This document shows, piece by piece, positions 36,683 through 47,445 of a stretch of DNA of 64,000 bases (within the stretch, counting starts at the first letter, position 1; every line of letters begins with the position of its first letter). The notes beneath the pieces were generated by a model that did no database searches, was not told the DNA's origin, and worked only from the letters and a program-made list of their open reading frames with translations. The position numbers were made by a program, and so were the translations under genes. This DNA is from an uncultured Candidatus Saccharibacteria bacterium. GTDB lineage: Bacteria; Patescibacteriota; Dojkabacteria; B142; OLB20. The stretch lies in NCBI GenBank assembly GCA_964562165.1, contig CAZLRZ010000001.1:1349-65348 (forward strand). Reading direction: 5' to 3'.

Positions 36683-37063
36683 TTACCAAATATTACAAAG
36701 ATATTCACCACCAATTTTTTCTAATTTTGCCTTTTTACCGGTCAAAATTCCTTTGGAAGTGCTAAAAATATTAATACCTAAACCACTAATAACCTTAGGT
36801 ATGTCCTGATAACTTGTATAAACTCTAATTCCGGGCTTCGATACTCTTTCAATTGTTGTAATTGCAGATTTCTTATTAATATACTTTAAAGTTATTACGA
36901 TAGACTTTCCATCAACCTTAAATTCTTCAATATATGACTCATCTTTTAGGATCTTAGTCATTTCTAGAAGCATTTTTGTATTATTAACAATAACCTCTCT
37001 TTTGTTGGCAGAGATTGCATTTCGAATTTTTGTTAAATAATCTGATACTGAGTCGTTTGACAT
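36683..37063 (-). CDS. rpsH: 30S ribosomal protein S8
   Basis: MSNDSVSDYLTKIRNA…; ends GGEYLCNIW. Confidence 0.9.
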   Translation of the reverse strand: MSNDSVSDYLTKIRNAISANKREVIVNNTKMLLEMTKILKDESYIEEFKVDGKSIVITLKYINKKSAITTIERVSKPGIRVYTSYQDIPKVISGLGINIFSTSKGILTGKKAKLEKIGGEYLCNIW

Positions 37064-37083
37064 TAAAATACTTTAATAATTAA

Positions 37084-37278
37084 TTACCAAGATGCCTTTG
37101 TTAAACCAGGGATATTACCTTCATGAGCTCTATCTCTTAAGCAAAGTCTGCACATCTTAAACATTCTATTGTATGCTCTAGATCTTCCACAAGTTAAACA
37201 TCTATTAAAAACTCTAGTTGAGTATTTACTTTTGATCTTTAATTTTTTTGCTTTTGCTTCTTGTGCTGTTGTTGACAT
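37084..37278 (-). CDS. rpsZ: 30S ribosomal protein S14, type Z (zinc-binding)
   Basis: 64 aa with CLTCGRSRAYNRMFKMCRLC, i.e. two CxxC pairs. Confidence 0.85.
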   Translation of the reverse strand: MSTTAQEAKAKKLKIKSKYSTRVFNRCLTCGRSRAYNRMFKMCRLCLRDRAHEGNIPGLTKASW

Positions 37279-37296
37279 ATTCCTAATTTAATAAAT

Positions 37297-37851
37297 TTAG
37301 CGCTTCTTTTGGAAGGGCATTCCTAATTTAGTTAATAATAATTTGGCACCTTCATCATTACCTGCATTAGTACAAATAATGGCTTGTAATCCTCTAATCT
37401 TACTTACTTTTGTAGGATCAACCTCTGGAAAAACTGTATGTTCTTTTATTCCAATTGAGTAATTCCCACGACCATCAAATGCTTTTAAAGGTACACCTCT
37501 AAAATCTTTAATTCTAGGTAGTACGATTGAGATTAATCTATCTAAAAAGTACCACATCATATTACCACGTAATGTAACTTTAACGCCAATTGGCATATTT
37601 TCTCTAATTTTAAAGTTAGAGATAGCCTTTTTTGTATATGTGATAACTGGTTTTTGTCCAGCAATCATAGTCATATCTCTTAACATATCATCGATTATAT
37701 CTTTATCATTTTTTGCTTCACCTAATCCAGAGTTCAAAACAATTTTAGTTAACTTTGGAACAGCCATTACATTGGCTATTTTTAGTTCATCCTGTAACTC
37801 TTTTTTGATTTCGTTATATTTAGTTTTTAATCTTGCATTTGTCTTATCCAT
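37297..37851 (-). CDS. rplE: 50S ribosomal protein L5
   Basis: …VMAVPKLTKIVLNSGLGEA…PIGVKVTLRGNMMWYFLDRLISIVLPRIKDFRG…. Confidence 0.9.
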   Translation of the reverse strand: MDKTNARLKTKYNEIKKELQDELKIANVMAVPKLTKIVLNSGLGEAKNDKDIIDDMLRDMTMIAGQKPVITYTKKAISNFKIRENMPIGVKVTLRGNMMWYFLDRLISIVLPRIKDFRGVPLKAFDGRGNYSIGIKEHTVFPEVDPTKVSKIRGLQAIICTNAGNDEGAKLLLTKLGMPFQKKR

Positions 37852-37853
37852 TT

Positions 37854-38156
37854 TTATTTTTTACTACTTTTTTTAAAGATACGAATTTTTTTACCATCTT
37901 CTACTTTAAAACCAACTCTTGATGGTTTTGAATTATCAGGATTGACAACCATAAGTTTTGATACATTGATTGGTCCTTCGACTTTTTTTAATCCACCTTT
38001 TTTAACATCTGACTTCTTTTTTTCAAACACAGTTACCATATTAATACCAGAAACAATAGCTTTATTATCTTCTCTAATAATAGATACTACTGTACCTTCT
38101 TTATCTCGGTCTTTTCCGCTTAATACTTTAACTTTATCGCCTTTTTTAATTTTCAT
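37854..38156 (-). CDS. rplX: 50S ribosomal protein L24
   Basis: MKIKKGDKVKVLSGKDRDKEGTV… KOW motif. Confidence 0.9.
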   Translation of the reverse strand: MKIKKGDKVKVLSGKDRDKEGTVVSIIREDNKAIVSGINMVTVFEKKKSDVKKGGLKKVEGPINVSKLMVVNPDNSKPSRVGFKVEDGKKIRIFKKSSKK

Positions 38157-38157
38157 T

Positions 38158-38541
38158 TTATAAAACCTCTGGAGCTAAACTAATAATTTTCGTATATCCT
38201 AATTCCTTCAACTCTCTTGCTACTGGCCCAAAGATACGAGTACCTTTTGGATCTTTCTTTTCTTTATCAATTAACACTGCAGCATTATCATCGAAACGAA
38301 TATATGATCCGTCTTTTCGTCTTAATTCCTTGTGGGTTCTAACTATAACAGCGTAAACAACATCACCCTGTTTAATTGCTCCATTTGGAATAGCAACTTT
38401 AACTGAAGCTGAAACGATTTGACCGACACTTCCTGATTTTTGAAAGGTTCCACCCTTTCTTTGACCAAGAATCTGAATGACCATGATCTCTTTGGCTCCG
38501 GTATTATCTGCAATTTTTAATCTAGTTTGAGATTGTATCAT
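38158..38541 (-). CDS. rplN: 50S ribosomal protein L14
   Basis: [23 protein letters not shown]…. Confidence 0.9.
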   Translation of the reverse strand: MIQSQTRLKIADNTGAKEIMVIQILGQRKGGTFQKSGSVGQIVSASVKVAIPNGAIKQGDVVYAVIVRTHKELRRKDGSYIRFDDNAAVLIDKEKKDPKGTRIFGPVARELKELGYTKIISLAPEVL

Positions 38542-38542
38542 A

Positions 38543-38824
38543 TTAGCTTAATTTTTTCACAAAATAGAAAGACTTGTTTCTGCTTACTGGTCTACCTTCT
38601 TCAATGATTACAACGTCGTTTATAGCAACTGTTGAATCTTCACAATGAGCTAAATATTTCTTATGTTCTTTAATAATCTTTTTATATAAAGCATGTGTGT
38701 ATTTAGTTTCTACCAATACTTTTATCGTTTTATCTGAGCTTAATTTAATAACTTTACCCTGTAATCTTTTTGGTTTAGTTACTTTTTCGATTTTTTCTGT
38801 TTTAATTGATTTCGTTTTAGTCAT
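38543..38824 (-). CDS. rpsQ: 30S ribosomal protein S17
   Basis: …[21 protein letters not shown]…KYLAHCED…. Confidence 0.9.
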   Translation of the reverse strand: MTKTKSIKTEKIEKVTKPKRLQGKVIKLSSDKTIKVLVETKYTHALYKKIIKEHKKYLAHCEDSTVAINDVVIIEEGRPVSRNKSFYFVKKLS

Positions 38825-38838
38825 TTCAATTTTTTAAA

Positions 38839-39087
38839 TTATTTAGTTTCTTCCTTAACTGGAGCTTCTTTAACTGCTTCAGTTGTAAGAACCTCATTAA
38901 TAGTATTATTTATATTTATTAAAGTAAGAATTCTAGCAATGTCTCTTTTCATTGTTTTCAACTTGCTTGAATCTTTCTCTTTACCACTTTTTAAATCTAA
39001 CTGATAGGCGAAAACTTTTTGTTTTTTACTTTCGTATTCAGCAATTAGTTCCTTATTTGTTTTTGCTTTTAATTTTTCGATCTTCAT
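38839..39087 (-). CDS. rpmC: 50S ribosomal protein L29 with a C-terminal extension
   Basis: MKIEKLKAKTNKELIAEYESKKQKVFAYQLDLKSGKEKDSSKLKTMKRDIARILT…. Confidence 0.85.
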   Translation of the reverse strand: MKIEKLKAKTNKELIAEYESKKQKVFAYQLDLKSGKEKDSSKLKTMKRDIARILTLININNTINEVLTTEAVKEAPVKEETK

Positions 39088-39500
39088 TATACTAGTTCTT
39101 TTGTAACAATTTTAGTAGAGAATGGTAATTTATTACATGCTTTTCTAAAAGCTTCTTGTGCAATATCAAATGTCACACCGCTCATTTCAAAAAGAATTCT
39201 ACCTGGTTTAATTACTGCAACATATCCTTGAACTTCTCCTTTACCTTTACCCATTCTAACTTCAGCTGGTTTGCCGGTATATGAATGGTCAGGGAATACC
39301 TTTAACCATAATTTACCTTTTCTTTTCATTTCTTTTACAATTACTCTTCTAGCAGATTCAATTTGTCTACCAGATAACCAAGCGCATTCTAATGTCTGTA
39401 GGCCAAATTCGCCAACGGACAAAGTATTGCCTCTTAAAGCAACACCTCTATTTTTGCCTCTAAATACTTTTCTATGTTTTACTCTTTTTGGTTCTAACAT
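39087..39500 (-). CDS. rplP: 50S ribosomal protein L16
   Basis: MLEPKRVKHRKVFRGKNRG…. Confidence 0.9.
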   Translation of the reverse strand: MLEPKRVKHRKVFRGKNRGVALRGNTLSVGEFGLQTLECAWLSGRQIESARRVIVKEMKRKGKLWLKVFPDHSYTGKPAEVRMGKGKGEVQGYVAVIKPGRILFEMSGVTFDIAQEAFRKACNKLPFSTKIVTKELV

Positions 39501-39510
39501 TTTTAGTTAA

Positions 39511-40158
39511 TTAATCATTTTCAATATTATGTTTTTCGCCTGTAAAAACCCAGACTTTAATTCCGTGTTTTCCAGCATTAGGGACTGCAGCAGTTAGATA
39601 ATAGTAATCAATATCTGCTCTTAATGTTTGTAATGGAACAGTTCCCCATTGGAACTTTTCAGTTCTTGCAATTTCAGCTCCTTTTATACGACCACTAACC
39701 CATACCCTAATACCTTTTACAAAATTTGAATTTTTAGCATTTTCAATTTCTCTTGATACTGCGTACTTTGGAACAATACGTCTTTCTAATTGAGCCTTAA
39801 TTGTATCTGCAATTAATTTTGCAGATGCTTCAGGTCTCTTAATTTCAAAGATCTTTAAGTCAACATCACCTTTAATCATTTTCTTTAATTCATTTTTCAA
39901 ATCTTCAATTCCTGCACCACCTCTACCAATAACAATACCTGGTCTAGCAACTTTTATTTCAACCATAACCTTGTTCATTGATCTTTTAACTTTACATTCC
40001 TGGACTCCAGCATTCATCAATTTCTTATTCACAAATTCTCTAACTTTTAAATCTTCAAGTAAATAATCAGCAAATTGAGCCTTAGATGCATACCAGACAG
40101 ATGACCATCCTTTGTTTACACCTATTCTATATGCTGTTGGATTGACTTTATGTCCCAT
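39511..40158 (-). CDS. rpsC: 30S ribosomal protein S3
   Basis: MGHKVNPTAYRIGVNKGWSSVWYA…; KH domain. Confidence 0.9.
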   Translation of the reverse strand: MGHKVNPTAYRIGVNKGWSSVWYASKAQFADYLLEDLKVREFVNKKLMNAGVQECKVKRSMNKVMVEIKVARPGIVIGRGGAGIEDLKNELKKMIKGDVDLKIFEIKRPEASAKLIADTIKAQLERRIVPKYAVSREIENAKNSNFVKGIRVWVSGRIKGAEIARTEKFQWGTVPLQTLRADIDYYYLTAAVPNAGKHGIKVWVFTGEKHNIEND

Positions 40159-40164
40159 AGTTAA

Positions 40165-40653
40165 TTATTTAGATTCTTTCTTAATTTTAGATAATTTAGG
40201 TTTAACTTCTTTTTTTGTTGAAACGACTTCCTTTTCGACTTTTTTAGCTTTAACTACTTTTTTCTCTTTAGAAACTTTGGTTTCAGATTTAACTTTTGAG
40301 ACTTCATCAGTTTCTTTAAGATTTATTAAACCTATAACAATATGAGAGTTTCTCTTCATAATTGCTCTATATCTTCCTCTTGCTGCTGGTCTACCTCTTT
40401 TGAATATTTGAGCATCATTTACTAAAAGTTCTTTGATCAATAAATCATTTTTGTTCCAACCTTCATTATTTACTGCGTTTGCAACTGCAGATCGTAAATT
40501 CTTTAAAAGATCTTTTGCTGCTGTTTTATCAGTGAATTGTAGAATAGCTTCAGCCTGTTGTGGAGTTTTACCTCTTACTAAGTCTGCTACTAATCTGACT
40601 TTTCTTGCAGATATTAATGAGTTATTTAATTTTGCATATACTACTTTTTGCAT
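40165..40653 (-). CDS. rplV: 50S ribosomal protein L22 with a ~45-aa Lys-rich C-terminal tail
   Basis: …ARKVRLVADLVRGKTPQQAEAILQFTDK…; tail KVSKEKKVVKAKKVEKEVVSTKKEVKPK. Confidence 0.9.
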   Translation of the reverse strand: MQKVVYAKLNNSLISARKVRLVADLVRGKTPQQAEAILQFTDKTAAKDLLKNLRSAVANAVNNEGWNKNDLLIKELLVNDAQIFKRGRPAARGRYRAIMKRNSHIVIGLINLKETDEVSKVKSETKVSKEKKVVKAKKVEKEVVSTKKEVKPKLSKIKKESK

Positions 40654-40670
40654 TATGTTTAAATCTATTT

Positions 40671-40979
40671 TTAATCTTTAAGTACTCGACCCATTGTTCC
40701 TGTGCTCTTAGCGATTTTACCTTTCTTACTATGACCGGTGAATTTTCGGGTCAAAACGAATTCACCTAATTTATGACCTACCATTGATTCTGTAACAAAT
40801 ACTTTGAAAAATTCTTTACCATTATATACATCAAAGTTTATCCCAACCATTTCTGGTGAAATTGAAGAACCTCTTGCCCATGTTTTGATGGCTTTGTTGC
40901 TTCCTGTTGTTTTTGCTTTATTAACTTTTTCTAACAATTTCTGGTCTATGTAGGGACCTTTTTTTAGTGATCTAGACAT
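40671..40979 (-). CDS. rpsS: 30S ribosomal protein S19
   Basis: [19 protein letters not shown]…[15 protein letters not shown]…. Confidence 0.9.
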   Translation of the reverse strand: MSRSLKKGPYIDQKLLEKVNKAKTTGSNKAIKTWARGSSISPEMVGINFDVYNGKEFFKVFVTESMVGHKLGEFVLTRKFTGHSKKGKIAKSTGTMGRVLKD

Positions 40980-40981
40980 GG

Positions 40982-41851
40982 TTATATAATAGTTTTATAT
41001 GTTTTATGTTTTTTACCGCGCACATTTGAGCGTCGTTTAATTATGAACTTATTAGTATTTGGTCTGTTTCTTGTGTTGACTCCAATTCTATTACCCCATC
41101 TATCTTTAGCTGGACCTCCTGGACCGTGTCTACCAGATTTACCTTGTCCATCTCCATGAGGATGCTTTCCTCCACTCATTGCTGTACCTCTAACTGTTGG
41201 TTTGATACCCATTTTTCTCTTTCTACCGGCTTTTCCAAATTTTTCATTCTTGTTTTCAAGATTGGAAAGTATTCCAATAGTTGCTAAACAGGTTTCTTTA
41301 ATCAATCTGATTTCACCACTAGGCATTTTGACTTGAATATATCCTTTTTCACCACCTTGAATTTGAGCGCCGACTCCGGCTGATCTGGCTAAGATTCCAC
41401 CATTCCCAGGAATGAGTTCGATATTATGAACAAACATTGCTTGAGGAATGTTTTTTAAAGGTAATGTATTTCCAACTTTTACAGAAGCCTTATCACCACT
41501 CATCAATTCTTCTCCGACTTTTAAACCTAATGGAGCTAAGATATATCTTTTTTCTCCATCTGCATAACTTAAAAGAGCAATAAAACTTGTTCTATATGGA
41601 TCATATTCAATACTCACTACTTTAGCAGGAATATTGAATTTTTCTCTTTTAAAGTCGATAACTCTATATGATCTTTTAACTCTTCCACCTTTATGTCTTA
41701 CTGTTAGCTTACCATGAGTATTTCTACCTGCATTATACTTAATATATTTTAACAACGATTTCTCTGGTTTTTTAGAAGTAACATCTTTGTTATCTACTAA
41801 AACAGTAAATCTTCGTGTTGGTGTTGTTGGTTTATAAATCTTTAAAGCCAT
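40982..41851 (-). CDS. rplB: 50S ribosomal protein L2
   Basis: …[23 protein letters not shown]…; 289 aa. Confidence 0.9.
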   Translation of the reverse strand: MALKIYKPTTPTRRFTVLVDNKDVTSKKPEKSLLKYIKYNAGRNTHGKLTVRHKGGRVKRSYRVIDFKREKFNIPAKVVSIEYDPYRTSFIALLSYADGEKRYILAPLGLKVGEELMSGDKASVKVGNTLPLKNIPQAMFVHNIELIPGNGGILARSAGVGAQIQGGEKGYIQVKMPSGEIRLIKETCLATIGILSNLENKNEKFGKAGRKRKMGIKPTVRGTAMSGGKHPHGDGQGKSGRHGPGGPAKDRWGNRIGVNTRNRPNTNKFIIKRRSNVRGKKHKTYKTII

Positions 41852-41856
41852 TACAA

Positions 41857-42162
41857 TTATTTAATATCAAAAAGATTAATTTTATCTCCCTTTTTCAAGG
41901 TTACTATCGCTTTTTTAAAATCGCTTCGTCTGCCTAATGTTCGTTTTTTACCAAATCTCACTATTTTACCACTATTTACTATGGTTTGGATACCTTCTAC
42001 CTTAACGGAAAAGGTTTTTTCTATATATTTTGCCAATTCAATTTTATTACTAGCGTTTTCTACAATAAATGTATATTTGTTGTATAAATCAATTGCCTTT
42101 AAAGATTTTTCACTTATTAAAGGTCTTACAATTAATTTGTTAATTTTAGTTACGCTTTCCAT
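41857..42162 (-). CDS. rplW: 50S ribosomal protein L23
   Basis: …LIVRPLISEKS…YTFIVENASNKIELAKYIEKTFSVKV…. Confidence 0.9.
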   Translation of the reverse strand: MESVTKINKLIVRPLISEKSLKAIDLYNKYTFIVENASNKIELAKYIEKTFSVKVEGIQTIVNSGKIVRFGKKRTLGRRSDFKKAIVTLKKGDKINLFDIK

Positions 42163-42869
42163 TATTTGGTTGATTTAACTGTTTTTGGTTTAACTTCTTT
42201 TTTAACTGTTTCTTTCTTTACGGTTTCTTTCTTTACTGCTTTTTTTGTTCCCCAGAAGTTATAGATAGATTCTAGTGAAGATTCTAAAATAACTACTTTA
42301 GCTGCATTCAAAATATCATAATAGTTTACTGAATTTACGACTTCTAAGTTCAAAGTTTCAATGTTATGAGCAGAGTTTACTAAGAATTGATCTGCATCTT
42401 TTTGAATCATTAATACTTTTTCATCTTTTAATTTACCTAGAATCTTTAATAGATCTTGTGTTTTAGCTGAATCGAATTTCAAATCTTGAAATACAACTAC
42501 ATTACCTGCTTTTGCTTGCATTGATAAACTTGATACCATTGCAATTTTTCGCATCTTTTTGTTTAAAGTCTTTTTATAATTGATTTCATTTGTTGGACCG
42601 TATGTAACTCCGCCACCTTTCCAGATAGGAGATCTACTTGAACCGGCTCTTGCTTTACCTGTACCTTTTTGTTTCCATGGTTTTTTACCACCACCGCTAA
42701 CTTCTCCTCTGTTTTTTGTATGAGCATTACTTTGTCTTCGATTAGCTAAATAGGTTCTAACTGCTTGAGCAAGTAAAACCTTGTTAATTTTTGCATCAAA
42801 GACTTCATCTCTAACTTCTAATTTAGATTTGATTTCTTTACCTTTGTTATCAAAATATTCTACTAACAT
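42162..42869 (-). CDS. rplD: 50S ribosomal protein L4 with a Lys-rich C-terminal repeat tail
   Basis: …SGGGKKPWKQKGTGKARAGSSRSPIWKGGGVTYGP…; tail VKKETVKKETVKKEVKPK. Confidence 0.9.
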   Translation of the reverse strand: MLVEYFDNKGKEIKSKLEVRDEVFDAKINKVLLAQAVRTYLANRRQSNAHTKNRGEVSGGGKKPWKQKGTGKARAGSSRSPIWKGGGVTYGPTNEINYKKTLNKKMRKIAMVSSLSMQAKAGNVVVFQDLKFDSAKTQDLLKILGKLKDEKVLMIQKDADQFLVNSAHNIETLNLEVVNSVNYYDILNAAKVVILESSLESIYNFWGTKKAVKKETVKKETVKKEVKPKTVKSTK

Positions 42870-43477
42870 TATTTGTTTCCTGTAATAATAACTAATGATT
42901 CTTTATTTCCTGGAACTGCGCCTTTTAAGGCTAATAAATTGTTTTCTTTATCAATATTAATAATTCTCAAATTCTTTGTTGTCTTAGTATCTGAACCCAT
43001 TCTTCCACCCATTTTGTGACCTTTGAAAACTCTACCTGGGGTTGTTCTCATACCGATTGATCCAGTATGTCTTTGTCTATCAGACTGTCCGTGAGTTCTA
43101 TTACCACCGTGGAATCCCCATCTCTTAACTACTCCTTGAAAACCCTTACCTTTTGTTTCTCCGGTTACGTTTACTTTTTTGATTGATTCAAAAATTTCGA
43201 CAGTAACTTTATCTTTAATGTTTAATTCAAGATCAATTTCAGCTTCTACTGCATATTGTGGCACATATCCTAGTTCTTTGAATTTACCGAGTTCTGCTTT
43301 AGTAGGATTTTTCTTTTTACCAATACCTAAAACATAAGCAGTATATCCATCTTTTTCGGCTGTTTTTTTATGTGCAACAATTACATCAGAAGAATCAATG
43401 AAGGTTACTGGTACTACAGTTCCATCTTCCTGAAAAATCTGTGACATATTCTTTTTTATACCAATCAAAGTTTTCAT
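42869..43477 (-). CDS. rplC: 50S ribosomal protein L3
   Basis: MKTLIGIKKNMSQIFQEDGTVVPVT…GKGFQGVVKRWGFHGG…. Confidence 0.9.
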   Translation of the reverse strand: MKTLIGIKKNMSQIFQEDGTVVPVTFIDSSDVIVAHKKTAEKDGYTAYVLGIGKKKNPTKAELGKFKELGYVPQYAVEAEIDLELNIKDKVTVEIFESIKKVNVTGETKGKGFQGVVKRWGFHGGNRTHGQSDRQRHTGSIGMRTTPGRVFKGHKMGGRMGSDTKTTKNLRIINIDKENNLLALKGAVPGNKESLVIITGNK

Positions 43478-43496
43478 TTTAGTTTATTGTTTCTTA

Positions 43497-43796
43497 CTAT
43501 TTAATTTCGATTCCGACTCCGGCAGCGAGTTGTAAATGAGTTAATGAATCTATCGTTTTGCTTGTTGGTTCGACAATATCAATTAATCTTTTATGTGTAT
43601 GGATCTTAAAGTGTTCTTTAGATTTTGCGTCTACATGGGGAGATTTTAATGTGACATATTTTCTCTTTTTTGTTGGAAGAGGAATAGGTCCAAAAGTTTT
43701 AGCTCCTGTTCGAACAGCAGTTTCTAAAATCTGCAAGGCTGCTTTATCAACAACTTTTGCATCGTAACCTTTTATTTTAATCCTTATTTTTTGCAT
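43497..43796 (-). CDS. rpsJ: 30S ribosomal protein S10
   Basis: [19 protein letters not shown]…[36 protein letters not shown]…. Confidence 0.9.
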   Translation of the reverse strand: MQKIRIKIKGYDAKVVDKAALQILETAVRTGAKTFGPIPLPTKKRKYVTLKSPHVDAKSKEHFKIHTHKRLIDIVEPTSKTIDSLTHLQLAAGVGIEIK

Positions 43797-43813
43797 AAAA
43801 GTAAAGTTTAAAA

Positions 43814-43842
43814 TTGAGGAGCTTGATTTCCAAGCTCCTCAA
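43814..43842 (-). terminator. Hairpin terminator/attenuator in the 57-nt tuf-rpsJ spacer
   Basis: TTGAGGAGCTTG-GAAATC-AAGCTCCTCAA (11-bp GC-containing stem), followed on the minus strand by TTTTAAACTTTACTTTT immediately before the rpsJ ATG. Confidence 0.45.
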
Positions 43843-43853
43843 CATCATTTTAA

Positions 43854-45050
43854 TTATTTTATAAGTTTAGTTACAATACCTGCACCAACTGTTCTTCCAC
43901 CTTCTCTAATTGCAAGGGACATCTTTTCTTCAACTGCAGCAGGTTTGTTCAATTTAACAATGAATGTTGCATGATCACCTGGCATTACCATTTCAACTCC
44001 TTCTTTTAATGTAACTTCACCTGTAATATCAGCTGTATTTACATAGAATTGTGGTTTGTATCCACTTACGAAAGCTGTATGTCTACCACCTTCTTCTTTG
44101 GATAATACGTATGCTTCAATTTCAAATTCTGTATGAGGTTTGATTGAGCCTTTTGCAGCTAATACTTGACCTCTTTGAATTTCTTCTCTTTTAATACCTC
44201 TTAAAAGAATACCAACATTGTCTCCAGCTTGACCGAATTCTAATTGTTTGTTGAACATTTCAACTCCGGTTACTGTTACTTTTTTGACATCATCCATTAA
44301 ACCGATTTGGTCTAATTCTTCACCAACTTTAACTTTACCTCTTTCGATTCTACCTGTAGCGACTGTTCCTCTACCTTCGATAGAGAAGACATCTTCGACT
44401 GACATTAAGAAAGGTTTGTCTAGTTCTCTTACTGGTTCTGGAATATCTTTGTCTAATGCAGCCATTAATTCATCCATTGCTCTTTCGCCATCTGGATCGC
44501 CATTTAGACCTTTTAATGCGCTACCTCTTACGATAGTAATTTTATCACCATCGTATTCGTATTTCTTTAGTAATTCTCTAATTTCATCTTCGACCAACAT
44601 TAACAATTCTTCGTCCATGTCATCGTCAAACATATTTAGGAAGACTACGAAATGTTCTACTCCGACTTGTCTAGCTAAAATGATATGTTCTTTTGTTTGA
44701 GGCATTGGACCATCAGATGCAGAAACTACGAGAATTGCTCCATCCATTTGGGCTGCTCCGGTAATCATGTTCTTGATGTAATCTTTATGCCCTGGACAGT
44801 CGATATGAGCGTAATGTCTTTTTTCTGACTCATATTCTACATGTGATGTAGCAACTGTTACGATTTTGGTTTTGTCTCTAACGACTCCACCTTTTGCAAT
44901 TTCATTATATCCTTTTTCAGAAGCCATTCTGCCTTTTCTTGTTGCGTGAGCAATTAGAGCTGCAGTTAAGGTTGTTTTACCATGATCAATATGACCTAAT
45001 GTTCCGACATTGACATGGGGTTTTGTCCTTTCAAAAACTTTATTAGCCAT
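43854..45050 (-). CDS. tuf: Elongation factor Tu
   Basis: [27 protein letters not shown] (NKxD variant). 398 aa. Confidence 0.95.
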   Translation of the reverse strand: MANKVFERTKPHVNVGTLGHIDHGKTTLTAALIAHATRKGRMASEKGYNEIAKGGVVRDKTKIVTVATSHVEYESEKRHYAHIDCPGHKDYIKNMITGAAQMDGAILVVSASDGPMPQTKEHIILARQVGVEHFVVFLNMFDDDMDEELLMLVEDEIRELLKKYEYDGDKITIVRGSALKGLNGDPDGERAMDELMAALDKDIPEPVRELDKPFLMSVEDVFSIEGRGTVATGRIERGKVKVGEELDQIGLMDDVKKVTVTGVEMFNKQLEFGQAGDNVGILLRGIKREEIQRGQVLAAKGSIKPHTEFEIEAYVLSKEEGGRHTAFVSGYKPQFYVNTADITGEVTLKEGVEMVMPGDHATFIVKLNKPAAVEEKMSLAIREGGRTVGAGIVTKLIK

Positions 45051-45177
45051 TTTTAGTATTTAATAAATAAATGTAATTAAATAAATAAAGACAAGAATTG
45101 CCTTAAATCCAGCTTAGTTTATAACAAATTTAGATAAAATGTGCAATACATTTTTGAACTTTTCGTTCTATTTTTTG

Positions 45178-47319
45178 CTATTTTATTCCCAAAACTTGAT
45201 TAACTAAGCCCTCAGGCACTTTTTCATAGTGACTAAATTCCATATAACTATTTGCTCTACCTTTTGTCATTGATCTCAATGAGTTTACCCAACCGAACAT
45301 ATTACCAATAGGTACGTAGGCTGTTATTTCCTGCATTTTACCTTTTGGATTCATTGACTTAATAATACCTCTTTTTGAGGATAAGGCTCCGGTGACATCT
45401 CCTGCGTATTCGTCTGGAGTGACAACTGGAACTTTCATAATTGGTTCTAAGAGGATTGGTTTAGCCAACTTCATAGCTGCCTTAAACCCTTTAGATCCGC
45501 AAACTCTAAATGTATCTGTATTTGAGTCAACGTCATGATATGAACCGTCAACAAGTCTAACTTTAACATCGACAACTGGGAAACCGCCTAAAACACCATT
45601 TGGTAATGATTCTTGGATTCCTTTATCAACTGAAGGGATAAATTCTTTTGGAACTGATCCTCCTTTGATTTCGTTAACAAATTCATATCCTTTTCCTCGT
45701 TCTTGAGGCTCTAGAATGATTTCAATGTCTGCAAATTGTCCTGCACCACCCGTTTGCTTTTTAAGGATCTCTCTATGGCTAACTGCTGAAGAGATTGTTT
45801 CTTTGTATGCAACCTGTGGCATACCTGCTGTTACTTCGATTCCGTATGTTCTCTTTAGAATGTCCATTTTAATATCAAGATGCAATTCTCCCATTCCTGA
45901 GATAATTGTTTGACCGGTTTCAATATCTGTTTTTGCATTAAAGGTTGGATCTTCCTGCATTAATTTATGTAGGGCTTCTCCAAGTTTTTCCTGATCAGAT
46001 TTTGTTTTAGGCTCGATTGCGAGACTGACAACTGGATCTGGGAAATCAATACTTTCTAAAACGACATTTTGATTATCACCACAAATTGTATTTCCTGTAT
46101 AGGATTCTTTAAATCCTACAACTCCAACGATATCCCCAGCTCTAGCCTGTGTAATATCTTCTGAGTGGTTAGCATGCATTAAAAGCAATCTACCAACTCT
46201 TTCTCGTTTTTCTTTTGTACTATTATTAATGAATGAGCCAGAAGATAATGTTCCGGAATAAACTCTAACGAACATTAATTGCCCGATATGTGGATCAACT
46301 GAAATTTTGAAAACTAAACCAACGAATGGTTCGGTTACTTTTGCATCATATACAAATTTTTCTTCGGTTTCTGTGTTTGTTCCAACGATCTTTCCAACAT
46401 ATTCTTCTTTTTCACCGGTTTCTTTGTTTTCGAAAATGTATCTTTTTTGATATGGGGAAGGTAGGTATCTACAGACATTATCAAGAAGTATCTTTGTATC
46501 GGCCATTCTTGAATCTCCACCCATTACTGGGAAAATCTTACTGGATAATGTTGATATTCTAAGTGCTGTATAGAGTTCGTTTAATTCTAAAACACCATCA
46601 TTTAAATATTTTTCCATCAAAACATCATCCGATTCTGCTAACTTTTCTACTAAAACAGAATGAAGTTCATCACATCTATCTTTAATATTAGCTGGGATTT
46701 CGGTTTCTTTGAATTCGTGTTTTTCTTCATCAGCATATTCATATGCTTTCATTGTTACTAGATCTACAAATCCTCTAAGCTCGTGTTCTTTACCAATTGG
46801 ATAAGTAATAGCTACAGCATTTGAAGACAATTCATCCTGAATTGATTTCAAACTCATTTCGAAATCGCCACCGATTAGGTTTAATTTATTAATAAAACAA
46901 ATTCTAGGAACTATATATTTATCTGCTTGACCCCAAACCTTGCTGGATTGTGGTTCTACTCCCATTTTTCCGTCAAAGACAACGACTGCTCCGTCGAGGA
47001 CTCTAAGAGATCGTTCAACTTCTGCAGTGAAATCTACATGCCCTGGTGTATCGATAATATTAATTCTATGTAAAATATTATCTAGAGTCCAAAAACAAGT
47101 AGTTGCAGCGGAAGTGATAGTAATACCTCTTTCTCGCTCTTGCAGCATAAAATCCATATCGGCAGCACCATCATGTGTTTCTCCGACTTTATGTTTTTTC
47201 CCTGTAAAGAAAAGGATTCTTTCTGTAGTAGTGGTTTTACCGGCATCTACATGAGCGATAATACCAATGTTTCTGTAGTTTTGCAGATCTTTTACTGCTG
47301 AGTAATCAATTTTGGCCAT
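45178..47319 (-). CDS. fusA: Elongation factor G
   Basis: AHVDAGKTTTTERIL, DTPGHVDF, and domains II-V. 713 aa. Confidence 0.95.
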   Translation of the reverse strand: MAKIDYSAVKDLQNYRNIGIIAHVDAGKTTTTERILFFTGKKHKVGETHDGAADMDFMLQERERGITITSAATTCFWTLDNILHRINIIDTPGHVDFTAEVERSLRVLDGAVVVFDGKMGVEPQSSKVWGQADKYIVPRICFINKLNLIGGDFEMSLKSIQDELSSNAVAITYPIGKEHELRGFVDLVTMKAYEYADEEKHEFKETEIPANIKDRCDELHSVLVEKLAESDDVLMEKYLNDGVLELNELYTALRISTLSSKIFPVMGGDSRMADTKILLDNVCRYLPSPYQKRYIFENKETGEKEEYVGKIVGTNTETEEKFVYDAKVTEPFVGLVFKISVDPHIGQLMFVRVYSGTLSSGSFINNSTKEKRERVGRLLLMHANHSEDITQARAGDIVGVVGFKESYTGNTICGDNQNVVLESIDFPDPVVSLAIEPKTKSDQEKLGEALHKLMQEDPTFNAKTDIETGQTIISGMGELHLDIKMDILKRTYGIEVTAGMPQVAYKETISSAVSHREILKKQTGGAGQFADIEIILEPQERGKGYEFVNEIKGGSVPKEFIPSVDKGIQESLPNGVLGGFPVVDVKVRLVDGSYHDVDSNTDTFRVCGSKGFKAAMKLAKPILLEPIMKVPVVTPDEYAGDVTGALSSKRGIIKSMNPKGKMQEITAYVPIGNMFGWVNSLRSMTKGRANSYMEFSHYEKVPEGLVNQVLGIK

Positions 47320-47445
47320 AGAATTAATAATAAAAAAATTCGAAAAATGATTATCTAACTATTATGGGAAAAAATCAATATCTAATAATGCCCAATCTAG
47401 TGGATATCTCCAATGATAAATGATATCTGGATAAAAGTAAAGTCG

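Noticed and set aside
44248-44700. 150-aa Ser-rich plus-strand ORF
   Set aside because: It is antisense to tuf, so it is a shadow ORF.
47380-47440. GGATATC / GATATCTGG near-palindromes upstream of fusA
   Set aside because: Only the self-palindromic GATATC cores are complementary. There is no extended hairpin, so it is not called a terminator or operator.
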